From: Macrostomum lignano
Lineage: Eukaryota
DNA length: 64,000 nucleotides
Direction of reading: 5' to 3'
Assembly: GCA_002269645.1 (NCBI GenBank)
Contig: NIVC01002252.1
Coordinates: 125,530-189,529 of the forward strand
The first letter of the stretch is position 1. Every line of letters begins with the position of its first letter. Shown piece by piece: positions 25,240 through 39,228 of this stretch. The notes beneath the pieces were generated by a model. That model saw nothing but the letters and a program-made list of their open reading frames with translations, was not told where the DNA came from and did no database searches. A program made the position numbers and the translations under genes.

Positions 25240-26230
25240 GCTAATCCTCATGACCAGAAGGGAACCAACCCTCATGACCAGAGAGGAACCAATCCTCATG
25301 ACCATAGAGGAACCAATCCTCATGACCATAGAGGAACCAATCCTCATGACCATAGAGGAACCAATCCTCATGACCAGAAAAGAATCAACCCTCATGACAA
25401 TAGAGGAACCAATCCTCATGACCATAGAGGAACCAATCCTCATGACCATAGAGGAACCAATCCTCATGACCAGAAGGGAACCAATCCTCATGACCATAGA
25501 GGAAACAATCCTCATGACCATAGAGGAACCAATCCTCATGACCATAGAGGAACCAATCCTCATGACCAGAGAGGAACCAATCCTCATGACCAGAGAGGAA
25601 CCAATCCTCATGACCATAGAGGAACCAATCCTCATGACCAGAAAAGAATCAACCCTCATGACCATAGAGGAACCAATCCTCATGACCAGAGAGGAACCAA
25701 TTTTCATGACCAGAGAGGAACCAATCCTCATGACCAGAAGGGAACCAACCTCAATGACTAGAGAGGAACCAACCTCAATGACTAGAGAGGAACCAACCCT
25801 CATGACCAGAGCGGAACCAATTCTCATGACCAAAGAGGAACCAATCTTCATGACCAGAGCGGAACCAATTCTCATGACCAGAGAGGAACCAATCTTCATG
25901 ACCAGAGAGGAACCTCATGACCAGAGAGGAACTAACCTCAATGACCAGAGAGGAACTAACCTCATGACCAGAGAGGAACTAACCTCAATGACCAGAGAGG
26001 AACCAACCCTCATGACCAGAGCGGAACCAACTCTTATGACCAGAGAGGAACCAATCTTCATGACCAGAGAGGAATCTTATGACCAGAGAGGAACTAACCT
26101 CAATTACCAGAGCGGAACCAACCCTCATGACCAGAGTGGAACCAATCTTCATGACCAGAGAGGAACCTTATGACCAGAGAGGAAATAACCTCAATGACCA
26201 GAGAGTAACCGATCTTAATGACCAAGAGCG
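25240..26230. repeat. 24-bp minisatellite CCTCATGACCAGAGAGGAACCAAT
   Basis: About 40 units 3' of the SSUH2-like stop. Confidence 0.95.
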
Positions 26231-26398
26231 GAATCTGAGCTGCATGACTGAATAAATAATCTTCTAAACTTGATTCCCAGCACAATCGCAAAAGAAAAAT
26301 TGACAACATAAAAATATGCGAAATCTTTAATCTAGTGTCCTTCAATGCACAGCAACTGAAATCAACCAAGTGAGGAGGAAATTATTACATTATCAGCA

Positions 26399-28134
26399 TC
26401 ACAGCAGACAGCACGCCGAAGTCGCGAGTTCGAATCGCCGACTCGAAGCGACGCCAGCTGCTCGAGTTTTTTCGGCGGCGGCGGCTCGCAGGCCGCACAG
26501 CATCGCCTTGCCGCTCTTCTCCAGGTGCACGCGCCTGTTCAAGCCGTACACGTGCAGCCGGTGTCGGCGCATCGGTGGCGGCGGCAGCGGTGGTCGAATT
26601 CTCTGATCTTCTTCTAAACCGACTCTCGATGACGCGGTCGGGGTCGGTGGCGTCGGCGCGGACTCGAGCCAGCCGAAGTCACAGCAGCAGACGGGAATGC
26701 GGCGAACCGAATGCCGCTGAAGCAGCAGGCGGGTGCTGGCCGATCGGCAGCCGGAAGCCAGGAGGCGATGTCGGGCGAGTAGGAAGTCGCTGGCGACCGA
26801 CAGGCCCGGTGGACAGCCGGCCGGCAGGCGGACTGTTGGGCCCGTCTTGGTCGAATGGGTATCGGCAGGATTTTGGAGCAATGCAATTTTTCATTGGTTT
26901 AACGGCCTCGAAAGTGAATAAAAAGTAGCGCGTGCTGGTGCCCTCAGCGAGGACACAACTACAGACAGACGCCCTCAGCGAGGACACAACTACAGACAGA
27001 CGCCCTCAGCGAGGACACAACTACAGACAGACGCCCTCAGCGAGGACACAACTACAGACAGACGCCCTCAGCGAGGACACAACTACAGACAGACGCCCTC
27101 AGCGAGGACACAACTACAGACAGACGCCCTCAGCGAGGACACAACTACAGACAGACGCCCTCAGCGAGGACACAACTACAGACAGACGCCCTCAGCGAGG
27201 ACACAACTACAGACAGACGCCCTCAGTGAGGACACAAGGACACATACGTACAGGCGTAAGCACACCCACAGACGAAAAGTATGAGAGCAAGCACTTCACC
27301 AACCTGACGATGGACAATGCACCCGTCGGCTTCAGTGAGCTTGTGAGACGGCAGCTCTGTACCATTGAGCACCACGTAGTCCACGGCCAGTGTCCAGGTC
27401 ACGTGCACCAGCTGGTAGCGCTTCAGCCGGCCAGAGCCCGCGCATTCCAGACATTCAACGCCGACTGCGCGACCGCGGCAGGCCGGGCAACGAATCGATC
27501 CGCGGCCGGAGCAGACCAGACAGCGCAGCGGGTCGTCGATCGTCGACGATGAGCGTCGAACAGACGAGCAAGTCGACGTTGACGAGGAATGATTGCTGTA
27601 CGATGCTCGGCCGAAGCCGCAACCGCCGCCGATGCCACCGCCGCCGCTCCCGCCGCGGCACCCGTAGCAGGCGATGCTGCCTTTTCGTCGGCACCTGCGG
27701 CAAGCCGTGTAGCCGACGCCGTAGCAGCGCGGACAGGCGAAGGCCTCCTCGCTGTGCGGCAGCGACAGCAGGCACTCGGCCTCGCTGAACGGCTCCGGCA
27801 GCGGGCGCTTGAGGTCCCAGGTGTCCGGCGGGTCGCCCTCCAGCCGACTGTCGAGGCGGCCGCCCATGTAGGGCATGAATCGGTCCTGGACGGTGTGGCA
27901 TTCGAACCAGCTGGCCAAGGTGTACACGAACGCCTCCGAATAGCCGATGCCGGTGAGGCTGAGCGACTTCATCGCCGCCCCGGCTGGGTAGCACCAGCAG
28001 CACCACCGGCTGGTTAGGTGCTCCGACAGCAGCTCGCGAAGGTCGTCCTCAGTTAAGAATGACTGGCGCTGATCCTGCTGACGGCGACGCTGAAGCTGCT
28101 GGTCATCGTCGCCATTTTCCTCTTCGACTTCCAT
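26399..28134 (-). CDS. SSUH2: SSUH2 (ssu-2 homolog)-like protein with DnaJ-type CxxCxGxG zinc-finger repeats, ~425 aa
   Basis: Exon 27304-28134 (donor CAG|GTTGGT) joins exon 26399-26845 (acceptor CCAAG|ACG). Motifs: WCCWCY, PPDTWD, CPRCYGVG, CLVCSGRG, CLECAGSG, GLSVAS...RLLLQRHSVRRIPV, HVYGLNRRV; C-terminus ACCLL. The exon 2 acceptor was chosen by fit to the recalled SSUH2 length. Confidence 0.78.
26940..27238. repeat. 31-bp minisatellite GCCCTCAGCGAGGACACAACTACAGACAGAC in the SSUH2-like intron
   Basis: About 9.5 near-perfect units. Confidence 0.95.
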
Positions 28135-29065
28135 CGTTTCCGCAATTGTCTTTGATTTTCAATCGACTCTGGTCTCTCTCTCTCTCTTCTCTCTCTCTCT
28201 ATATATATAGCTAGATAGATTTATTCAACGAAAGACGAGTGGGCGTCTTCAGTTTTGTTGAATCGAGTGGAATGCGAGGTCTGACTCGGGCCGGTCTCGA
28301 ACCCGCCTACACCTCTCTCTCCCTGGCTCTGCCTCTGGGTCTCTCTTTCTCTCGGCGAAATCGATAATTTCCTGCTCACCTTGCAGGTATAAGTGGTGGG
28401 TGGCCTTCTACTAGTATTTTGGCTCAGTCTATCCGTTCTGCTCTGGCTGCTGCCTGCCTGCCTGTCTCTCTTTCATTCTCTCTCAACTCGCATGCAACCC
28501 CTTTTGTAGCCTTAGATGCAGGATTGCAGTTTGATGCAGGCAGCAGCTGCGGCTCCCATGCAGCTCCCAGCCTGGCAGCATGGGCTGGCTGGGATAGGGG
28601 GAGCGAGGTGGAAGAGGGGTGGCTCAGTCCTGGGGTTGGCCCCCGTGAGGCGAGACAGTTTTCCCATTCTCACCGCCCGCTCCCCTCTCTTGCTCAGATC
28701 CCCATCAAGACTTCACAATGCGGTCGGCCGTCAATATATGAAACGGCTGAGTTGAGTGCTAGGCTTGAGTACCCTACCTCTCTACTATTGTGCGCTCAAT
28801 CAGCCACTGTCAGCCTATCCCGACCCCCTCTGCCGAGATTCCTTGCATCCGGGTACAAGGTAGACAAAAGGCGGCGGAGACTGTGAGCGGGGGTGGGCAG
28901 GAACAGCCAGGACCCGATCAAAATCTGAGAGGCCACGGAGCTGCGCTAAAAAACTCTCCTTTTCTCCCCCCACTATAGCCCTGATCCATGCAATCCCGCT
29001 AACCTTAAAATATCGGCACTCTTGCAAAGAGACACCGTTTGGCGTATGCTTGAGAATGAGGGAGG

Positions 29066-29340
<275 letters not shown>

Positions 29341-29544
29341 AGTTGAGAATGGGATTTACGCATATATTACATGCTAATAATTAATTGCTTAGCTGCATTC
29401 AAATATTATAGTTTTATGAGTGCATTGTGTCCACAAGCTTTGTGTGTCTTGTTTCGATAGAAGAGCTTATTTGCGTCTTTGTGTATTGCCGATGATGTTT
29501 ATCTATGTATTGTTGTCTTGCTGATGGTCTTATAAATGTATTTG

Positions 29545-30480
29545 TGTCTTTGCCGAAAGGCGCGTTTATTCATGAATTTGTGTCTTTGCCGAAAGAGGTG
29601 TTTATTAATGAATTTGTGCCTTTACCGAAGGGGGTGTTTATTAATGAATTTGCGTCTTGCCGAAGGGGTGTTTATTCATGAATTTGTGTCTTGCCGAAGG
29701 GGTGTTTATTCATGAATTTGTGTCTTGCCGAAGGGGTGTTTATTCATGAATTTGTGTCTTGCCGAAGGGGTGTTTATTCATGAATTTGTGTCTTGCCGAA
29801 AGGGGTGTTTATTCATGAATTTGTGTCTTTGCCGAAAGAGGTGTTTATTAATGAATTTGTGCCTTTACCGAAGGGGGTGTTTATTAATGAATTTGTGTCT
29901 TGCCGAAGGGGGTGTTTATTCATGAATTTGTGTCTTGCCGAAAGGGGTGTTTATTCATGAATTTGTGTCTTGCCGAAGGGGTGTTTATTCATGAATTTGT
30001 GTCTTGCCGAAGGGGTGTTTATTCATGAATTTGTGTCTTGCCGAAAGGGGTGTTTATTAATGAATTTGTGTCTTGCCGAAGGGGTGTTTATTCATGAATT
30101 TGTGTCTTGCCGAAGGGGGTGTTTATTCATGAATTTGTGTCTTGCCGAAGGGGGTGTTTATTAATGAATTTGTGTCTTGCCGAAGGGGGTGTTTATTCAT
30201 GAATTTGTGTCTTGCCGAAGGGGGTGTTTATTCATGAATTTGTGTCTTGCCGAAGGGGGTGTTTATTCATGAATTTGTGTCTTGCAGAAGGGGGTGTTTA
30301 TTCATGAATTTGTGTCTTGCCGAAGGGGTGTTTATTCATGTATTTATAACTTGCCGAAGGGGGTGTTTATTAATGAATTTGCGTCTTGCCGAAGGGGTGT
30401 TTATTCATGAATTTATGTTATTGCCGAAAGGGGTGTTTATTAATGAATTTGTGCCTTTACCGAAGGGGTGTTTATTCATG
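29545..30480. repeat. 34-35-bp minisatellite TTGCCGAAGGGGTGTTTATTCATGAATTTGTGTC
   Basis: About 27 units. Confidence 0.95.
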
Positions 30481-30944
30481 TATTTTTATGTCTGCATCGG
30501 CTTTGCTTTGAGGGTTAAATACGGACATGAGTAAGCATTTTTATGAGCATAAAGATATCGATATTTTACAAGAAAGGAATGTTTTTATTGATGAATTCAA
30601 CTTTCAGAAAGCTGTGCGTAGTATTTGCAGCGCCATGCCACAAGTGCACAAAAAGGCGAGGTTCATGCACCTGGTGTTTAAATCAATTTTCCTAACTCAG
30701 GTAGCTTTTTCAAAAAGAGCTTTTTACCCAGGGAAAATTTATTGCCGCATTGATTAAAGCTCTTCCCAGTGACACCGCCCACGCAATGACATCAATTTTG
30801 TTGCTAAAGCAAACAGCTCCAGACCTCGTCGCTAAGTCCAAAATTACCAGCCTTTTGGATTTGGTTAATTTTTGCATAGAAATTTGATGATGAATAATAA
30901 TCAAAGAATGTGCGTATCTACCTACTGCTGATGACTATTTGAAC

Positions 30945-33585
<2,641 letters not shown>

Positions 33586-33924
33586 AGCTTGTAGGTATTC
33601 TCTAAACACTTTAGTTACCTTTCAGAAGCTGAACATATTGAAACAAATCCTGTTTGACTTTGCGTGGGCGGGTGTCTTCAGTCTTAACCAATAATTTAAA
33701 GCCCGGGCGGTATACCAAATAAATAAAAAGTCGACAGCAGCAAAGTAAACATTGCGACCAAGAGAAGCCCGATTCCTAAATGCGGTGGCAATAAAATCGG
33801 ACTGGGCAGTGGGCTTTTCGAGAGATTTATTAGGGTAAACCACAGTCAATAGGTAAGTAGAATGTAAAACTGCTCACTTGGTCTTGATCAATCAACAATA
33901 TTTTTATTTGAGCCTCTACGTTCT

Positions 33925-33939
33925 CTAGACAGACAGACC

Positions 33940-33971
<32 letters not shown>

Positions 33972-33996
33972 CACAGACAGACAGACAGACAGACAC

Positions 33997-34031
<35 letters not shown>

Positions 34032-34032
34032 C
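33925..34032. repeat. (CAGA)n microsatellite
   Basis: Direct reading. Confidence 0.92.
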
Positions 34033-34789
34033 AAATCGATGGACCTGTCTTTATTTTCTGCTGCCCGATTTTATTCAGATTGTTATGCATTGTAAACGTT
34101 TGCAATGCCCACCAGCACACGTACACACTCGCTCACAATACTGGCAATAGCTAATGCTAGATAGATTGGACTCCAAGGTCGAGAGGGCATACTTCAGCTA
34201 TAGCTACATGTTTAGCAGGGCTAATATAGACCCAGTGATCCTCGGATCTGGGAGTTTCCCAATCCTCAATTACAGCAGCAGCCCACGCTCCATCTTAAGA
34301 ATCGAGCCAGCTGGCTTCCAACAGACCGCGCAAGCTGCAGTTAAGCCGAAGTCAAATGCCCTGGATTTGCCTAGCATTTCCAGACTGAAAAGTGCTCATC
34401 TAATCCGCGCGAGAAAGAGGAGAAAGGATAAATAATCGCATGGATTAACTGTAGGGTCAAATGCATTATAGCGACAAGCTATAGAGATCAGCTAGGCCGA
34501 GGATCTGGCCAAAACGAAAACGAATTTTACTTAGCAAATACGGAGATAAAGTTGCAGACATAGTTATACTCATACGAAGAATTAAAGGGAAACGAGAGTG
34601 AACACATTTTGTAGTTTAGTTAGACTTGCAGTATGCGATAAAATAGGCAAACTATTCCAAAAACATTTGGCCTATGCTCGTACATGAGCAAAATTGAGGG
34701 AGCAAATTATAAACCGCATGTACACAGCGACAACTGAAGCAGAAGGACGCTAAACTGCATTTTCTTAGAAATTATTTGGAGGCCGGTCA

Positions 34790-35412
34790 CTCGTGTGTCA
34801 CTCGCTGTTGGTGTATCACTCCCTGCATTGATGTGTAACTCCCTGCATTAGTGTCATGATCCCTGCACTGGTGTGTCACTCCCTGCAACTGGTGTCACTC
34901 CCTGCATTGGTGTATCACTTCCTACACTGGTGTGTCACTCCCTGCACTGGTGTGTCACTCCCTGCACTGGTGTATCACTCCCTGCACTGGTGTATCACTC
35001 CCTGCACTGGTGTATCACTCCCTGCATTGATGTGTAACTCCCTGCATTAGTGTCATGATCCCTGCACTGGTGTGTCACTCCCTGCAACTGGTGTCACTCC
35101 CTGCACTGGTGTATCACTTCCTACACTGGTGTGTCACTCCCTGCACTGGTGTGTCACTCCCTGCACTGGTGTGTCACTCCCTGCACTGGTGTGTCACTTC
35201 CTGCACTGGTGTATCACTCCCTGCACTTGTGTAGTATCACTCCTTGCACTGGTGTATCACTCCCTGCACTAGTGTCACTCCCTGCACTGGTGTATCACTC
35301 CCTACACTAGTGTAGTATCACTCCTTGCACTGGTGTATCACTCCCTGCACTAGTGTGTCACTCCCTGCACTGGTGTATCACTCCCTACACTAGTGAGTCA
35401 CTCCCTGCACTT
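34790..35412. repeat. 20-bp minisatellite CTCCCTGCACTGGTGTGTCA
   Basis: About 30 units. Confidence 0.93.
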
Positions 35413-35496
35413 TTATATGGTATGTATACGAGCGTACATGGGTAGATTTAATGAGATTTCCACCGTTTTATGTACATGTATGTCACTGTCTGTATT

Positions 35497-36960
35497 GTCC
35501 TGGTAGCTCAGTCCCAGTGATCGAGCGCGGCGCTATGATGTGCCTGCGGCCCAGGCTCGATTCCAAGTGCAGTCACATTAATTTGGGGCTAAATTGGAAT
35601 CTCGGCTTGGCTCTGCTCGTGCAATTAAGGGCCTTGAAAGCCAACCCAAGGCACAGTGAAGTGTACATGCCTAACAATAAATAAAGTTAGGGCCGCTGTA
35701 CACTGTGCCTGGGCAGGTAGGTCGGTAAAATGGGTAGTAATGCCTCTCGCCGGTCGTGTCACTTAATGTCGCTTGAAGGGGATAGCGACGTTTGCCTGCG
35801 GGACGTTTGCCAGCCAACATTAAGTCAGTGAGTGAAAATACTGAAATATTCGCAGTTTAGCGGATTGAAAAAAAGTTTTTCTAGTCCAACTTTTTGACGG
35901 TTATTCGCACGTATAAAAATTCGAAAACAAAATCTATACAAATTATGCAGTTCATCAATCTAGCATCTAGTTTAACAACAATTTCTTTGAATGTGAAAAC
36001 ATTATAAAGTTTACTTCTGACAGTTTTGTATCGCTTTTCCCAGTTTGAGATGTTTGATTTCTGATTTGCGAATCAAGACACGCAAATTTAAACCGGAATC
36101 TCCAGCGAGCAAAGTTTTGGGCAAATAAAAGACCTGCTGAACGATAATTCTGGCTTATATATTTATTTCCCAGTTCATTTGGAGATCCAAAAGTAAGCGA
36201 ATTAATTCCAGTGCAGCTTGTCAAGTGCACGCTGTCATGGCCAAACTCCGTTAAGCAGAGTTTGGCTTTTGAGTTAAGTATATATATGCGAGACTAAGAC
36301 AATACCATTATGGATGTCTCAGTCTTTTCCCATTTAGCCTGTTTGGCCACATGAGATGGAAAAGGCCATTCCATGGCATACATAGACATCAACTATGACG
36401 ATGGAAACTCCTATTTTGTATTTTTAATTTACCTTTCTTTTTAGGCAGACAAGAGCAATAACTTCAATAAGCCTGAACAGTAGTTTGTTAGTAACCTGTA
36501 TATATTTAATAGCAGTAGTAGGGAGCGAGGTGAAATTAGATTAGTGCTGTGCCGACAGTTTTCAAATGCAAGTACATGTAAGCCTAGAGAGGGCATTACT
36601 TCTTTAACCAATTGCCGCCTGCAAATGTCCCGCTGGTAAACGTCGTCTGGCAAACGTCGGCTGGCAAACATCCCACAGGCAAACATCCCACAGGCAAACG
36701 TCCTGCAGGCAAACATCCCACAGGCAAACGTCGGCAGGCAAGCGTCCTGCAGGCAAACATCCCACAGGCAAACATCCCACAGGCAAACGTCCTGCAGGCA
36801 AACGTCCCGCAGGCAAACATCCCGCAGGCAAACATCCCGCAGGCAAACGTCGGCAGGCAAGCGTCGTAGACCCGCTTGAAGTGCGCAAGGGTGCACAAAG
36901 CCCCCTGACTTTAACTGGTCCAACAAACTGAAAGGCACAAATAATCAAAAATAGTTGCAG
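35497..36960 (+). mobile_element. Degenerate tRNA-headed, CORE-like SINE interrupted by a TIR element
   Basis: A-box-like TAGCTCAGT (35504-35512) and B-box-like GGCTCGATTCC (35554-35564). CTGTGCCT...GTAAAATGGGTAGTAAT (~35703-35741) resembles the CORE domain end (from memory). The 3' boundary is uncertain. Confidence 0.45.
35779..36873. mobile_element. Non-autonomous DNA transposon (1095 bp) with GGG...CCC TIRs, subterminal 15-bp repeats and 8-bp TSD
   Basis: TSD GCTTGAAG at 35771-35778 and 36874-36881. Left end GGGATAGCGACGTTTGCCTGC versus right end reverse-complement GGGTCTACGACGCTTGCCTGC. The 15-bp CAGGCAAACATCCCA/CAGGCAAACGTCCCG units at 36640-36860 are inverted relative to those at 35786-35819. 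Confidence 0.85.
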
Positions 36961-37160
36961 CAATTAATAGAGTTTTATAGAAGTTTAACAAATATTGATA
37001 AATGCGAAAGCAGAACGAACGATGGCAAAACGGAAACGGGTTTATTAAAGAATTACCTTGAGATTAAGATAAGATATATGCAAATACACCTTAAAGAAGG
37101 CGTGTCCTTCATCAATGGCATCAGCCCTCGAGTTTCATACAACCCGAATAGTTATTCAAT

Positions 37161-39075
37161 TTGAAGATAGGGGATATGGAGATTGGGGATATGGAGATTG
37201 GGGATATGAAGATTGGGGATATGAAGATTAGGGATATGAAGATTGGGGATATGGAGATTGGGGATATGGAGATTGGGGATATGAAGATTGGGGATATGAA
37301 GATTAGGGATATTGAGATTGGGGAAATAAAGATTGGGGATATGAAGATTAGGGATATGGAGATTGGGGATATGGAGATTGGGGATATGGAGATTGGGGAT
37401 ATGGAGATTGGGGATATGAAGATTGGGGATATGAATTGATATGGGATTGGGGATATGAAGATTAGGGATATGGAGATTGGGGATATGAAGATTGGGGATA
37501 TGAAGATTAGGGATATGAAGATTGGGGATATGAAGATTAGGGATATGAAGATTAGGGATATGAGATTGGGGATATGAAGATTAGGGGATATGAAGATTGG
37601 GGATATGAAGATTAGGGATATGGAGATTGGGGATATGAAGATTGGGGATATGAAGATTAGGGATATGGAGATTGGGGATATGAAGATTGGGGATATGAAG
37701 ATTAGGGATATGGAGATTGGGGATATGGAGATTGGGGATATGAAGATTGGGATATGAGATTAGGGATATGGAGATTGGGGATATGAAGATTGGGGATATG
37801 AAGATTAGGGATATGGAGATTGGGGATATGAAGATTGGGGATATGAAGATTAGGGATATGGAGATTGGGGATATGAAGATTGGGGATATGAAGATTAGGG
37901 ATATGGAGATTGGGGATATGAGATTGGGGATATGAAGATTAGGGATATGGAGATTGGGGATATGAAGATTGGGGATATGAAGATTAGGGATATGGAGATT
38001 GGGGATATGGAGATTGGGGATATGAAGATTGGGGATATGAAGATTAGGGATATGGAGATTGGGGATATGAAGATTGGGGATATGAAGATTGGGGATATGA
38101 AGATTAGGGATATGGAGATTGGGGATATGAAGATTGGGGATATGAAGATTACGGATATGGAGATTGGGGATATGAGATTAGGGATATGAGATTGGGGATA
38201 TGAAGATTGGGGATATGAAGATTAGGGATATGGAGATTGGGGATATGAAGATTGGGGATATGAAGATTAGGGATATGGAGATTGGGGATATGAAGATTAG
38301 GGATATGGAGATTGGGGATATGAAGATTGGGGATATGAAGATTAGGGATATGGAGATTGGGGATATGAAGATTGGGGATATGAAGATTAGGGATATGGAG
38401 ATTGGGGATATGAGATTGGGGATATGAAGATTGGGATATGAAGATTGGGGATATGAGATTAGGGATATGAGATTGGGGATATGAAGATTGGGGATATGAA
38501 GATTAGGGGATATGAGATTAGGGATATGGAGATTGGGGATATGAAGATTAGGGGATATGGAGATTGGGATATGAAGATTGGGGATATGAAGATTAGGGAT
38601 ATGGAGATTGGGGATATGAGATTAGGGATATGGAGATTAGGGAATATGAAGATTGGGGATATGAAGATTAGGGATATGGAGATTGGGATATGAAGATTAG
38701 GGATATGAAGATTAGGGATATGGAGATTGGGGATATGAAGATTAGGGATATGGAGATTGGGGATATGGAGATTGGGGATATGAAGATTGGGGATATGAAG
38801 ATTAGGGGATATGGAGATTGGGGATATGAAGATTGGGGATATGAAGATTGGGGATATGAAGATTGGGGATATGGAGATTGGGGATATGGAGATTGGGGAT
38901 ATGAAGATTGGGATATGGAGATTGGGGATATGAAGATTGGGGATATGGAGATTGGGGATATGAATTGGGGATTGGGGATATGGAGATTGGGGATATGAAG
39001 ATTGGGGATATGAAGATTGGGGATATGGAGATTGGGGATATGAAGATTGGGGATATGGAGATTGGAGATATGAAA
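37161..39075. repeat. 15-bp G-rich satellite G(G/A)AGATT(G/A)GGGATAT with 45-bp higher-order trimers
   Basis: About 125 units 3' of the ERCC3 stop. Confidence 0.97.
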
Positions 39076-39228
39076 ATTTGGGAGCGCAAATTATGTCAAG
39101 TCGATTTCATATAAAAAATAAATTAGTTGTGAAAGCATCTTAAATAAACAAGGTCAGTCAGACTTATTTAACTACTACAAGTAGGCAGGATACTATTATT
39201 GAATTTCAACTCATTGTCAGCAAATCAA

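Noticed and set aside
30527-30904. ORF 30527..30757 and a neighbouring protein-like frame (ALPSDTAHAM...)
   Set aside because: Splice phases do not join them and no family motif is recognisable.
34154-34435. 93-aa ORF with a basic C-terminus
   Set aside because: No recognisable domain or supporting exon structure.
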